In this document: positions 17,971 to 31,542 of the stretch, one piece after another
How the letters are laid out: each line of letters starts with the position of its first letter
Position numbering within the stretch: the first letter of the stretch is position 1
DNA from: Eledone cirrhosa
Taxonomy: Eukaryota
Reading direction: 5' to 3'
Assembly: GCA_964016885.1 (NCBI GenBank)
Contig: OZ024757.1
Coordinates: 16,740,001 to 16,804,000, forward strand
DNA length: 64,000 bases
Translations under genes and position numbers: made by a program
Notes under the pieces: model-generated
Databases searched by the model: none
Told to the model about the DNA's origin: nothing
The model's input: the letters and a program-made list of their open reading frames with translations, nothing else

Positions 17971-18439
17971 ACATCGGCTAATTAGCCTCATTTGCATACC
18001 GGATGATTTTGATTTAAAAACTAATTTTTCCATCTATATATTTGATTATATTTGCTCTGTATTTATCTCTACCTTTCCAACTTTGTCGCTCTAAAGAATC
18101 TACCTTTTCTTCCCACCAATATAATATATAAACACATTTAGCTAATTCTGAAACTTCTTGGCAATTATATTCTATCATATATAATGCTCTACATACATTT
18201 GAGTTTTGTATATATGTGTGTATGTGTGGGGAGGGGTTAGTGAAAGAATGAAGAGTAACATGGTTGGCTGTACAACAAGGGGCTTTATTTCAGGTATTGA
18301 CAATTGTTTCATTGATCAGGTGAGTCTAGAGGTCGATAATCGCTCGAGGTTGAGTGAAACAAAGCCGTACTTTAAAACTACCCACGACACAGAGTACTCA
18401 CAACCTCTAACTGGATTACCTATAACGATAACATGTTAC

Positions 18440-18498
<59 letters not shown>

Positions 18499-18568
18499 AA
18501 ACTAATGTATACTTCCTGGGTACTCACAGTTTCCCCGAAGGCAAGTTTATCTTCATTCTTCCGCCATC

Positions 18569-18633
<65 letters not shown>

Positions 18634-18648
18634 TGTGTGTGTGTGTGT

Positions 18649-18731
18649 GTTCCGAAGAGATTGTTTTGGTAAAATCAGGAGCAAGCAGGAGAAGTTCTCA
18701 ACAATCGTTGATTTATGTAACATCAGCATGT

Positions 18732-18813
<82 letters not shown>

Positions 18814-19022
18814 AAAAGAAAAAGGTGACGTGGTTGCCTAAACACTGTACGGCGTAATTCGGGCTGTTTGTTTGTTTACAAACAAACAAACCGAGCATTA
18901 TAATAAATGTTCGGTAAACCCATACGTGCATATATATATATATGTGTGCATGTATGTATATATATACATACTGTACGTCTGCATACATATATGTATGTAC
19001 GTATGCATACACACATACTTAC

Positions 19023-19070
<48 letters not shown>

Positions 19071-19152
19071 ACATGCTGATGTTATATAAAACAACGATTG
19101 TTGAGAGATTACTCCTGCTTGCTTCTGATTTTACCAAAACAATCTCTTCGGA

Positions 19153-19155
<3 letters not shown>
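18649..19155. repeat. Diverged ~90-bp inverted pair (18649-18735 / 19066-19155) around a fragment of the 424-bp family
   Basis: ttccgaagagattgttttggtaaaatcag... and its reverse complement; 18872-19010 matches 59595-59730. Confidence 0.8.
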
Positions 19156-19242
<87 letters not shown>

Positions 19243-19374
19243 CCTGGATTTGCGACCGGTAGATAGTATTAGAAATTGGAAAGACCAATGGAAACATTGT
19301 TTCCTCGGTCCGATTTGACGAGCTCAACCCCACTCGTTAAGCGAATGAGATCTGGGATCTTGTTGATCGACTGT

Positions 19375-19411
<37 letters not shown>

Positions 19412-19420
19412 ATATATATA

Positions 19421-19612
19421 AAACGAAGGAAATGTGGTAAGGAACCAGGTGGACCATAACGCACCAAAGTACTCAATACTTAGGGTAATAGAGTGGGTAA
19501 TAGGAACCAGTAAGACCCCGACGGCTGAGCTCAAGCCGTTTCGACGGCTAATTCTGGAGGCAGAATTAGCCGTCGAAACGGCTTGAGCTCAGCCGTCGGG
19601 GTCTTACTGGTT

Positions 19613-19614
<2 letters not shown>
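19421..19614. mobile_element. (TA)n-flanked fold-back element, family C
   Basis: A ~55-bp-arm palindrome centred on ctg-gagg-cag; other copies at 21630-21742, 55531-55722, 56351-56430 and 63796-63876. Confidence 0.8.
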
Positions 19615-19663
<49 letters not shown>

Positions 19664-19664
<1 letters not shown>

Positions 19665-20919
19665 AAAGACGTAAAATAAGAAAATATTTTTTAAAAAATT
19701 TTTAAAAAATTTTTTACTTACTTACTTAAATTTTCACTCCAACTAATTAGTTTCTGCAATGGGATAAAGACAGTTACATAATCCAACTGTCGAGAATTCA
19801 TTGCGTCATCAGGGAGTCTATTCTCAGCTGAGCCTCCAGGCAATGCGCGGACACTGGCGGCTCATATAAAAATAATAATTCGGTAGAAAGAACAGCTAGG
19901 CGAGGACTGGATTCTATGTACTGAAATTCTCACTGCTTCCAGTCAAATGGCCGATTCTAAAGAATCAATCACGTGACATAGAGGCTAGTTAGAAGGAATG
20001 GGATGGTAAGATGACTGACGCCTACTAACACCCCAAAAAAAATTTTGAAGTGATTTTGGCAGGTTTGCTCGACAAATCAGTGATTTGGAGATAAATATAG
20101 ATAATTTAATATATCAACTAACATAGGCGCACAGATGCACGTCCATGCCAGCAAATACACAGGTTATGTCATAGTACCTAGGTGGTTCAATGCAGGAGGG
20201 TGCAGAACAATAATATAAAAGACGTAAAATAAGAAAATATTTTAAAAAAATTTTTTTTTTAATTTTTTACTTACTTACTTAAATTTTCACTCCAACTAAT
20301 TAGTTTCTGCAATGGGATAAAGACAGTTACATAATCCAACTGTCGAGAATTCATTGCGTCATCAGGGAGTCTATTCTCAGCTGAGCCTCCAGGCAATGCG
20401 CGGACACTGGCGGCTCATATAAAAATAATAATTCGGTAGAAAGAACAGCTAGGCGAGGACTGGATTCTATGTACTGAAATTCTCACTGCTTCCAGTCAAA
20501 TGGCCGATTCTAAAGAATCAATCACGTGACATAGAGGCTAGTTAGAAGGAATGGGATGGTAAGATGACTGACGCCTACTAACACCCCAAAAAAAATTTTG
20601 AAGTGGTTTTGGCAGGTTTGCTCGACAAATCAGTGATTTGGAGATAAATATAGATAATTTAATATATCAACTAACATAGGCGCACAGATGCACGTCCATG
20701 CCAGCAAATACACAGGTTATGTCATAGTACCTAGGTGGTTCAATGCAGGAGGGTGCAGAACAATAATATAAAAGACGTAAAATAAGAAAATATTTTTTTA
20801 AAAATTTTTAAAAAATTTTTTACTTACTTACTTAAATTTTCACTCCAACTAATTAGTTTCTGCAATGGGATAAAGACAGTTACATAATCCAACTGTCGAG
20901 AATTCATTGCGTCATCAGG

Positions 20920-20921
<2 letters not shown>
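19664..20921 (-). mobile_element. 553-bp tandem repeat (about 2.3 copies) with one hammerhead per unit; retrozyme or tandem pLTR-like
   Basis: gacgtaaaataag recurs at 19668, 20221 and 20774; (TA)n flanks both sides. Confidence 0.85.
19736..19817 (-). ncRNA. Type I hammerhead with extended stem II (repeated at 20289-20370 and 20842-20921)
   Basis: Reverse complement reads actcc CTGATGA c gcaatg..gacagtt..aactgtc..cattgc a GAAAC taatta GTT ggagt. Confidence 0.8.
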
Positions 20922-21003
<82 letters not shown>

Positions 21004-21375
21004 TGAGATGTGTGTGTGTAATTGGAAACATACAAATTGTTTTAGGTAAAAGAATTTAGTTATTGTAAGGTCTATGTGAGTGGTGGCTCTTTATTCGATT
21101 ATTCCCTTTCTGAGTTCAGCCATTAGGTTATGGCCATGTTGGAGCACCATATTGAACGTATTTAATCGATCATATCGACCACAATATTTATTTTTTCAAA
21201 TCTGCTATTAATTTTATCGATTTCTTTTTGTCAAGCCGCTAGGTTATGGAAGATAAGTTTTCAGCTAACATTTTCGATATCCGAAAAAAAATAATTACAA
21301 AAACACGTTATTAGTAAAACCAAGTTTTCAGATTTTTTTAATGGTAATACCATTTATGGCCCACCCTGTGCGCGC

Positions 21376-21427
<52 letters not shown>

Positions 21428-21629
21428 CATATTCCCTTCCTCCAGGTGAAACCCTCGTGGCATCCAACAATACCAGAGTAATTGCCGATAACAACATAAG
21501 CTGAGTTATTCATATCAACAGCAAAGTTGGCTTGGCTCGCAAAATGTGTTCCTGGATTCTCAGAACTTTCTAGTCGAGAGATATCCACACCATTATACTT
21601 CTCTACATATATATATATATATATTTATA

Positions 21630-21740
21630 TAGGAACGAGCCGTCGGGGTCCTACTCGTTCCTATTACCCACTCTACTACCCTAAGTATTGAGTACTTTGG
21701 TGCGTTATGGTCCACCTGGTTCCTTACCACATTTCCTTCG

Positions 21741-21742
<2 letters not shown>
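21630..21742 (+). mobile_element. Family C tail with an 11-bp 5' inversion
   Basis: ataggaacgag is the reverse complement of the downstream ctcgttcctat; (TA)n lies on both sides. Confidence 0.7.
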
Positions 21743-21789
<47 letters not shown>

Positions 21790-21871
21790 TTAAGCTTGTT
21801 AAATCCCAACAAATTAAATGTAACCTCTGCATATATATATATATATATATTTGTGTATATATATATATATA

Positions 21872-22478
21872 TGGTGGCTGCCAACTCGTTTTCGAGTACG
21901 GCCACTACTTTATATCCATGTAGGAGAACCACTACCGATGCGCTGAACGAGTGTGACTTTTTAGTCCAGCCAGCGACTTGAAAACTCTGGTACAAACACT
22001 ACACTTGTGACAATTATTGACACATAGTGCTAGGCCCATGGTACCATGTGACGACAAGTGCAGAGAGATCTCCAGATATAAAGCAATGCCTGTGCCGTGA
22101 AGCTTTTATAGTGAGCAAAGGCACTGCACAAAGCCAGTCCCACTCTCTTAACCAAGATGATATTTACCAAAAAGAAGAACAAGTCAACATTATTGGATAC
22201 CATCAGGGTTGCAGGTGTTATATCAGAGTTTTCCTTCTCCTAGAATTCTGCCTTGAAAAAGGCTAAGGGGTCATCTCTCCCGGTGATTTTGGATGGCCAT
22301 TGACTCTTAAGAGCTCCTTTGCCCTTTGACAGGTTTTGTTTTTAGTTCTGCAGGATGTCCAAAGTCACCCTCCTCACCAAGAAACATTGGTGGGGTTGCC
22401 AGTTTAGTCGCCAACGACCCGACCATGAGACAGGTTGTACTGGGATACATGTTACCAGTAGCACCAACTGGTGACCTG

Positions 22479-22480
<2 letters not shown>
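21872..22480 (-). mobile_element. Second copy of the ~600-bp RTE-derived element
   Basis: Reverse complement of 9979-10578 with the same ends. Confidence 0.75.
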
Positions 22481-22551
<71 letters not shown>

Positions 22552-22835
22552 TAGACACATACACAAATATATATATATATGTATGTATGTAAAAGGTAAA
22601 CAGAAATAACAACACAATCGGTACAGTGTATGGAAGGGATATATTAGGTTAACGCTTGATATAGCAGGAAGATATATATGTAAATATACGTATATGTATG
22701 TGTATGTATAAATATATATACATACTTACACATACACGTACACACATATATGCACACATACACATACGTACACACCCAAATACACACACGCACATTGTGA
22801 GATAGAGAAAAGCGGAGATAAAAGATATGTCTGCG

Positions 22836-22953
<118 letters not shown>

Positions 22954-23179
22954 GTATATATAAAAATGTATATATAACTAAGTATAAGTGTGTGAAGTGG
23001 GATCGCTATGACAGATGGTTGTTCCTCGTCTTTGACAACAAAACATTTGCTTCATTTGTACCTAAGTGCTGACGGAAGTAAACTGTACATAACGGAAGTA
23101 GGAGAAGGCGTTGTGTAAAGGACTGCCATTGCAGTGAAGCTCGCTTCTATTAAACATTACCTGACTTGCTTATTCTAAT

Positions 23180-23236
<57 letters not shown>

Positions 23237-23361
23237 GTCTGTCTATCTATCTTTATATATATATATTATATATAAAGATACGTAACACGTATGTATATGG
23301 GTGTGTATGTATTATGTATGTATTACGTATGTATAAAACATATCACAATACAGCTCGCTTC

Positions 23362-23425
<64 letters not shown>

Positions 23426-23440
23426 TGTCAATCATATATA

Positions 23441-24195
23441 TACGAAGTGTGTCAGAAAGGTTCCAGGACTGATGTCACAACAGATTTATTTCAAACCCAA
23501 ACTTCACACTAAGAGTTTTCTCCTTCAAAAGTAATCCCCCTGGAGTATGTAACTGTAATCTTAGCTCTCTGCAACGATCAAACTTTTTTCTTCATAATTT
23601 TATATACATGTCCTCTGTTTCAGGTCGTCAAGCAATGAGCACAGAGCAACGAACAAACTTGAAGTTTCTGGTACGGTTGGGGAAAACTCCGCTGCAGCAA
23701 GTGTATGGAGATAAGACGATGTCACGCTCACGTGTTTTTGAGTGGTGCAAGAGGTTTAAAGAAGGACGCGAGGACGTGGAAGATGATCCCAGGAGCGGAA
23801 GGCCCCCAACAACCAAGACTGAGGTCAGCGTTGAACGCGTCAAGCAGATGGTGCATAGCGATCGTTGGCTGACTGTTCGACTGATGGTAAATGAGCTGGG
23901 CATGAATCGGGACAGCGTCTGGAAGATTCTCACTGAAGATTTGGACATGCGAAAAGTCTGCACGAAGATGGTGCCAAAACTGCTGAGCGATGACCAGAAG
24001 GGTCGACGCATGCAAGTGTGCCAGGACATCCTCGAGCGTCTTTAAACCGAACCAGACTTGCTAGGGACAGTCATCACCGGTGATGAGTTATGGATCTTCG
24101 AGTACGACCCGGAGGGGACCCGTTTTGAAGACGTGGACAACATCAAAAAGGCCGTGACGACGGAACTGCGGAGGATCCCGGAATAATCCTTCAAA
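23441..24195 (+). mobile_element. Mariner transposon remnant, internally deleted
   Basis: TIR-like tacgaagtgtgtcagaaaggttccaggact; ORF 23608-24045 has the HTH, DDPRSGRP and KMVPKLL, then VITGDELWIFEYDPE joined directly to C-terminal GTRFEDVDNIK. Confidence 0.9.
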
Positions 24196-24480
24196 ATTGT
24201 GAATCTGCGTGGCACAAAATGTGACAATGTTGGCTGTTCCTCTGAATTACAGGTAGTACAATCCACCCGACGGTCTTGTACGCTGTCGCCGTCTACCTAA
24301 TTTCATCCACATGTCTCAGGTATGAGTGGACATACGAATATGGAAAATACAGTTGACCGAGAAGCTACACATTTGGATCGAACGTCATTGATTCTTCCTC
24401 ATTTCAAAGCTAAATTTATTAATCCCCCAGTCATGCCTACATTATTCTCCCATCTCCCCCTTAGCTGACCTTGTGCCTAA
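24196..24480. repeat. Dispersed repeat, second copy at about 32095-32320
   Basis: Shared gttggctgttcctctgaattacaggt...cgctgtcgccgtctacctaatttcatccacatgtctc. Confidence 0.75.
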
Positions 24481-24927
24481 ATTAAGCAAAGGTTACTGCT
24501 AGATACACTTCCTCGTGTCAACCCGCAAGCCTTCCGATATCACGGGGCTTTTGGGGTGGCTTAAGCCCCTCCAATAATTTGTTTCAATATATTTGTGCTT
24601 TGGTTTTTACTACACTGATTTTCTATTGACCCTAAATATGTTAGTCTGATCATGTTTTTAATTTCTTTCTTAGAGAGTCGGTAGACATGTTAATTGGCAT
24701 TTAGCTTCGGCCCTTTACGTTCTGAGTTCAAATCCTGTCGTGGTCCACTTTGCTTTTCATACTTCTGGGGTCGGGTCTATTTAATTGACTTTCCCCTCAC
24801 CCTCAAATTGCTGGTTTATGCCTAAATTAGAAAACGTTATGGGGTGGGGTCCTTTTGGGGGCAATTATTACTGCTGGGTGGACTTCCTGGTGTGAAACCT
24901 TTGTAAATGCCTCCTAGAACGCGCAGA

Positions 24928-25283
24928 GATACTCTCATCGAATGACCAAATGAGGTTTATCTTTCAACATTGTCCCTGGAAAGAAACAATGCAGTTATTA
25001 ATAAGCAGAGTTGAAATTAATGCATGCAAGATTTAACAGCTCTAGCATCACTCCTTCATAGTCAGCCTATGAACATTTTAGCTGACCTTCGTATTCACTG
25101 TATATAGGCTGACCAAGATACTCTCATCGAATGACCAAATGAGGTTTATTTTTCAACATTGTCCCTGGAAAGAAACAATGCAGTTATTAATAAGAAGAGT
25201 TGAAATTAATGCATGCAAGATTTAACAGCTCTAGCATCACTCCTTCATAGTCAGCCGATGAACATTTTCAGCCGTCCCTCATA
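24928..25283 (+). mobile_element. Tandem pair (period ~189 bp) of 5'-truncated mariner-type MITEs
   Basis: Matches the full MITE at 53383-53584; each unit ends in a TIR such as gaacattttagctgaccttcgta. Confidence 0.7.
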
Positions 25284-25595
25284 CAATATAGCTAGCTATT
25301 GTATGGAAATACAGAGAACAGAGATAGATTTATTCATAACAAACGTTTACGTCGCTGCTTAAAGGTGTGACATTTATAATAGAACGAAGCCAAGCTTGTC
25401 AACCAATCTTTCATCACCTTCCAGAATGTCAAAGACTTTCCATAGTAAAGTATTGTTTATAGTGGTTGCCAGTTATACGTGTGTTAATGGGGTTGTCAAA
25501 ATACACACACTCTCTCTCACGCGCACACACACACACACTCTCTCTCTCACGCACACACACACACACACTCTCTCTCTCTCTCACACACACATACA

Positions 25596-25677
<82 letters not shown>

Positions 25678-25701
25678 CTCTCTCTCTCTCTCTCACACAC
25701 A

Positions 25702-25736
<35 letters not shown>

Positions 25737-25881
25737 TCTCTCTCTCTCTGTCTCTCTCACACACACACACACACACTCTCTCTCTCACACACACACACAC
25801 TCTCTCTCTTCTCTCTCTTCCCCTCTCTCTCTCTCTTTCTATCTATCTATCCCTCCCTGTCATTCTCACTCTCTCACTCTC

Positions 25882-25935
<54 letters not shown>

Positions 25936-26004
25936 CTCCCTATCTCTCTCTCTATATATATATATATAGAGAGAGAGAGAGATATAGATATATAGATATA
26001 TATA

Positions 26005-26453
26005 AGCAAAGAGATATTTAATTTGTTGGTAATTCCACAAATATATTTATAACAGATTCGAAGCACTCGACAGAATTTTCTGGAGTATAATATCAATGAT
26101 ATGAATAAATGGAAACTATATTTATAAAACCATATTTAAATCTACCTAGCGTCTAAAATTAACGATTTTTTTCAGCCCTACGCTTCAATTTCATTTGCAT
26201 ATTCATCAAAATAATTTGGAATATTTGTTCTTTTTCCTTTCTTCCTCTTTTTATTTCTATTTTTTCCTCTATCTTATCACTATCCAAACAGAACCTGAAC
26301 CGTTAAGGTCTCATTCCTGGATATGTCACTATTTATAAAACAAATTTTGTATTTTGTCTGATGAGAGCGTACCAAAGTTTTGGTACCCTTGAAATATATA
26401 TAATAGAATTATATGGTTTTATAAATATAGTTTCCATTTATTAATATCATTGA
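26005..26453 (+). mobile_element. Family F hammerhead element with inverted arm (26005-26135)
   Basis: The left arm is the reverse complement of the family 3' end (compare 30830-30930); (TA)n flanks. Confidence 0.75.
26351..26409 (+). ncRNA. Type I hammerhead, family F
   Basis: attttgt CTGATGA gagc gtaccaaa..tttggtac cctt GAAA tatatata atagaat. Confidence 0.75.
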
Positions 26454-27051
26454 TATATATATATATATATATATATATAATCAAGGTTTACAAATAAGAA
26501 AAAATTTCAAAATAAATTTTTAAAAATTAACTTTACTTACTATGGTTACCTTTACCGAATCGGTTTCGAGTCTCAAAAATAAACGGAGTCCATACGGCAT
26601 CCGTTCGCCTTGTGCGTGTAGGAACATATACTCTCTGTGCGTAATTCTTTTCTTTCGCACGCTTGGCCAGGCCGGTTGGCATTTTTTCTCTCTCTCGTCT
26701 ACGATTTCACAGAACTTATGTTTACCGAATTCACAGACTAGACCTCTTCTTCCTCCCGTTAGACCTGTGCGAAATTCCTTCCTTGCTCACATTTCAACCA
26801 GGTTTGATGGTCTTTAATCTCTCTCGTCCACGATTTCCCCGAATTTAAATTCATAGAAATTTGGGACTTGACTCCTTCTTCCTCACTTTTCGTTGCTTCA
26901 CCATTTTTGTTTGTTTACACTCGTGTCCCCTTTATTTACGTGTCCCAACGACTTTTTTTAGCTGTTGCTCGCACCAACCGGAGGTATATGGTCTTTAAAG
27001 CGATGAAATACCAATGATGGTTGGAAGATCACTGATGAAGGACTAACTTTA

Positions 27052-27126
<75 letters not shown>

Positions 27127-27227
27127 ACCCTCTCTCTTTCCCTCTCACTCTTTATCTGCCTATCTATCTCCAGTGAAGCAGGATTAAACGTTGTGTGTGA
27201 ATGTGTTTTCTGATAGATAATCTAGAG

Positions 27228-27300
27228 CAGGGGCGTGCAAAAGGCGGCCCGCGGGCCACACTCGGGCCCGCCAAACCAGTCAGAGTGGCCCGCGATGACC
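27228..27300 (+). mobile_element. hAT (Charlie-like) transposon left end
   Basis: CAGGGGCGTGCAAAAGGCGGCCCGCGGGCC directly follows the 8-mer atctagag, matching the Charlie NTCTAGAN target preference. Confidence 0.7.
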
Positions 27301-27371
27301 GTTTTTAGTTTTTAGCTTATAGGCTTCTTTAGAATTTATTTCTTAACCGTAATACAATTTTATGTTAGTTG

Positions 27372-28416
27372 ACCTACACTAAAGGGCTTCACTGTAGGGT
27401 TATGTGTGTTGTAATTTCCCAGTTGTCCTACACTAAAGGGCTTCACTGATAGGGTTATGTGTGTTATAATTTCCCAGTTGTCCTATACTAAAGGGCTTCA
27501 CTGATAGGGTTATGTGTGTTGTAATTTTCCAGTTGTCCTATACTAAAGGGCTTCACTGATAGGGTTATGTGTGTTATAATTTCCCAGTTGTCCTATACTA
27601 AAGGGCTTCACTGATAGGGTTATGTGTGTTGTAATTTTCCAGTTGTCCTATACTAAAGGGCTTCACTGATAGGGTTATGTGTGTTGTAATTTCCCAGTTG
27701 TCCTATACTAAAGGGCTTCACTGATAGGGTTATGTGTGTTATAATTTCCCAGTTGTCCTATACTAAAGGGCTTCACTGATAGGGTTATGTGTGTTGTAAT
27801 TTCCCAGTTGTCCTATACTAAAGGGCTTCACTGATAGGGTTATGTGTGTTATAATTTCCCAGTTGTCCCCTATACTAAAGGGCTTCACTGATAGGGTTAT
27901 GTGTGTTATAATTTCCCAGTTGTCCTATACTAAAGGGCTTCACTGATAGGGTTATGTGTGTTATAATTTCCCAGTTGTCCTATACTAAAGGGCTTCACTG
28001 ATAGGGTTATGTGTGTTATAATTTCCCAGTTGTCCTATACTAAAGGGCTTCACTGATAGGGTTATGTGTGTTATAATTTCCCAGTTGTCCTATACTAAAG
28101 GGCTTCACTGATAGGGTTATGTGTGTTATAATTTCCCAGTTGTCCTATACTATAGGGCTTCACTGATAGGGTTATGTGTGTTGTAATTTCCCAGTTGTCC
28201 TATACTAAAGGGCTTCACTGATAGGGTTATGTGTGTTATAATTTCCCAGTTGTACTATACTAAAGGGCTTCACTGATAGGGTTATGTGTGTTATAATTTC
28301 CCAGTTGTCCTATACTAAAGGGCTTCACTGATAGGGTTATGTGTGTTATAATTTCCCAGTTGTCCTATACTAAAGGGCTTCACTGATAGGGTTATGTGTG
28401 TTGTAATTTCCCAGTT
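27372..28416. repeat. 55-bp minisatellite, about 19 copies
   Basis: Unit tcctatactaaagggcttcactgatagggttatgtgtgttataatttcccagttg. Confidence 0.97.
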
Positions 28417-28528
28417 CCATGTTATGGAAAGAAGTTGTGGTGAATCTTTGGATTAATGCTTAATAAATATTAATGGCCCTAATAGTTGTTCCAATGTTCA
28501 AAAGTGGTTCGCTAGTATATATATATGT

Positions 28529-28624
<96 letters not shown>

Positions 28625-28649
28625 AAATTTTATATTCATATATATATAA

Positions 28650-28694
<45 letters not shown>

Positions 28695-29107
28695 ACATAT
28701 AATGTTATCGCTCTACATGGCTAAATAATCTGAGTTTTTCGAATATTAATAATAATATTCAATTCGTTTGCTAACAGTCTCATTAAGCTATGTCAGTAGA
28801 ATGACCTCGTCATTCTTGCTCTTGTGTTGGCATATAAACAGAACGGCAGACACTAATGTTTCTGGGTGATTCCCCTTCATCAGTACCGTATACTGCTTAC
28901 CTGCCAACTGTCAGAGCTAGTAAAAATATATATTTTCTGAAATATACAGTGACTGATTGGCCTGATTTGCATATTAGCAGACTGGGTGGTCAGTCAGATC
29001 CTCATATTAGCATATCCACTGATCAGCCAGATTTGCATATCAGCAGATAGGCCAGTTATACGAACGATTAATGGCCGGCTTTGCCATATTCAAATAACTA
29101 ACAAATA

Positions 29108-29295
29108 ATTGTTTCTACTTTTGGCACAAGGCCAGCAATTACCCAGTGCATTACTGGTACTTTATTTTATCGATCCCGTAAGGATGAAAGGCAAAGTTAA
29201 CCTCGGCGGGATTTGAACTCAGAATGGCAAGGGCCGTAACTCTATGCGTCAAAGCATGGCGTCCGACTCTCTACCGATACTGCCAATCTACCGCC
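29108..29295 (-). mobile_element. SINE family A
   Basis: Full-length match to the 17062 copies. Confidence 0.9.
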
Positions 29296-29689
29296 TATAA
29301 CTAACAAATAATGTTATCACTGTACATGGCTGAATACTATAAATGTAATCTGAGTTTTTCGATTCGTTTGCAATTCTGCAATTATGCAAACAATTATGCA
29401 ATTATGCAAAAGCCGTATATATAAGAAGAGGGAATGAGGTATCAAAATTTCATCATGTTTATTCAATAAACATAATGATGAGGTTTTGATACCGTGATCC
29501 ATCTCCTTGTTATTAACACTCTGCTTCTGCTTCTTGAGGATAGCAACAACGGTATAATACCAAATGTACAATACTACCTCAGCAACTGGACCCACTTTCG
29601 CAACGAGTGCTCAAACTGGTGAACCAATAGTGTATATATATATATATACGATATTAAACAAATGGAAACTATATTTATAAAACCATATT

Positions 29690-29755
29690 TATTTCATTAT
29701 ACATATTTCAGGGATACCATATTAAAAATATGGCATGCCTTCGTCAGATAAAATA
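29690..29755 (-). ncRNA. Type I hammerhead, family F
   Basis: Reverse complement reads tattttat CTGACGA aggcatgccatatt..aatatggtatccct GAAA tatgtata atgaaata. Confidence 0.75.
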
Positions 29756-29922
29756 CAATATATAAACAGTTTTATAAATAATTTTGGCGTACCGTAATAT
29801 AAGCGACCATTAAATTAGGAGGCTGCCTTGGTAGTGAAGTGTTTATAATTATTTAGTTATAGTGTTAAGCACAGTTATAAAATATTTACTTGTTGTAACC
29901 CAACAATTTTAAATAAAACTTT

Positions 29923-29970
<48 letters not shown>

Positions 29971-30146
29971 TATATTTTAATTTTAATTATATCTCATATA
30001 AAATAATACAACTGGCTTTCCACAAAATACATATAGTTAGCACACCAAACACAAAATTGGGATTACACTAACGTATATCCTAATGTTTGTTGAGTGAGAT
30101 GGTTGCCAGTCAGAGTTTATCTTAAAGCTTTCTCTGTTATTGTATT

Positions 30147-30182
<36 letters not shown>

Positions 30183-30265
30183 AAGTTTTATTTAAATTGT
30201 TGGGTTACAACGAGTAAATATTTATAACTGATATAAAAGCACTCAACAAGTATTTGGAGTATATT

Positions 30266-30627
30266 TACGATATTAAATAAATGGAAACTATATTTATAAA
30301 ACCATATTTATTTCATTATATATATTTCAGGGATATCATATTAAAAATATGGTATGCCTTCATCAGACAAAATACAATATAAACAGTCTTATAAATAGAT
30401 AGATTTGACATACCTTACACTTCAACTTCCATTTAAAAAGTTGATTTATCAACTTTTTAAATGGAAGTTGAAGTGTAAGGTATGTCAAATCTATCTATTT
30501 ATAAGACTGTTTATATTGTATTTTGTCTGATGAAGGCATACCATATTTTTAATATGATATCCCTGAAATATATATAATGAAATAAATATGGTTTTATAAA
30601 TATAGTTTCCATTTATTTAATATCGTA
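30266..30627. repeat. Near-perfect 180-bp-arm palindrome (2-nt spacer) with a hammerhead on each strand (30309-30374 minus, 30519-30584 plus)
   Basis: Centre ttgat-tt-atcaa; family F sequence. Confidence 0.9.
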
Positions 30628-30930
30628 TTTAATATTGTATATATATATATATATTTATTAAAATAACCGATTAAAGTTTCAGCAAAGAATCGCTGCTTTC
30701 ACCCTTTGGATTTTAGTCTTCAAATTTATTATTATTACTATATATATATATATATAAATAAGGTCTGGTTTCTTGGGTATGTCACTATTTATAAAACAAA
30801 TGTTGGTACCCTTGAAATATATATAATAAAATAATATCATTGATATTATACTCCAGAAAATGTGTAGAGTGCTTCGAATCGGTTATAAATAAATTTGTTG
30901 AATAACCAACAAATTAAATATCTCTTTGCT

Positions 30931-30963
<33 letters not shown>

Positions 30964-31464
30964 ATGTTTGTAGGTATGTATCTAAGTATATAGGTATGTT
31001 TGAACGTATATATGTGTATGTATACATATATATATGCATGTATAATAACATCCTGTCTGTGCGTAGTTTTCTATTGGTACATTTATAAAATCGTGCTTAT
31101 CTAGTTGCTATGGTGAAGTGTGACGTCATCCACAATGGCGACGTTTTCCTCAAAATACCTCGCCATCTTTTTTCCCCATTTTCATTGTCAAATCGATATT
31201 TCCTTTAAACAAGGCCAGAATTTATCTAGATTCTCGTTAGTATTCATTGCTAATCCCTCTTTATACACACACCCATACACACACATACATACACACTCCC
31301 ATATATACACACATCCATACACACACCTATACATACACTTATATACAGACACACTCATATATATATATATATATATATATATACACGCACACACATATTC
31401 ACACATACACACACACGCATAGATTTATGAACATATATATATATATATATACATATATACATAA

Positions 31465-31497
<33 letters not shown>

Positions 31498-31510
31498 TGT
31501 GTGTGTGTGT

Positions 31511-31542
<32 letters not shown>

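Noticed and set aside
28953-29050. Cluster of atttgcatat motifs as an enhancer
   Set aside because: Short degenerate local repeats with no linked gene or other evidence.
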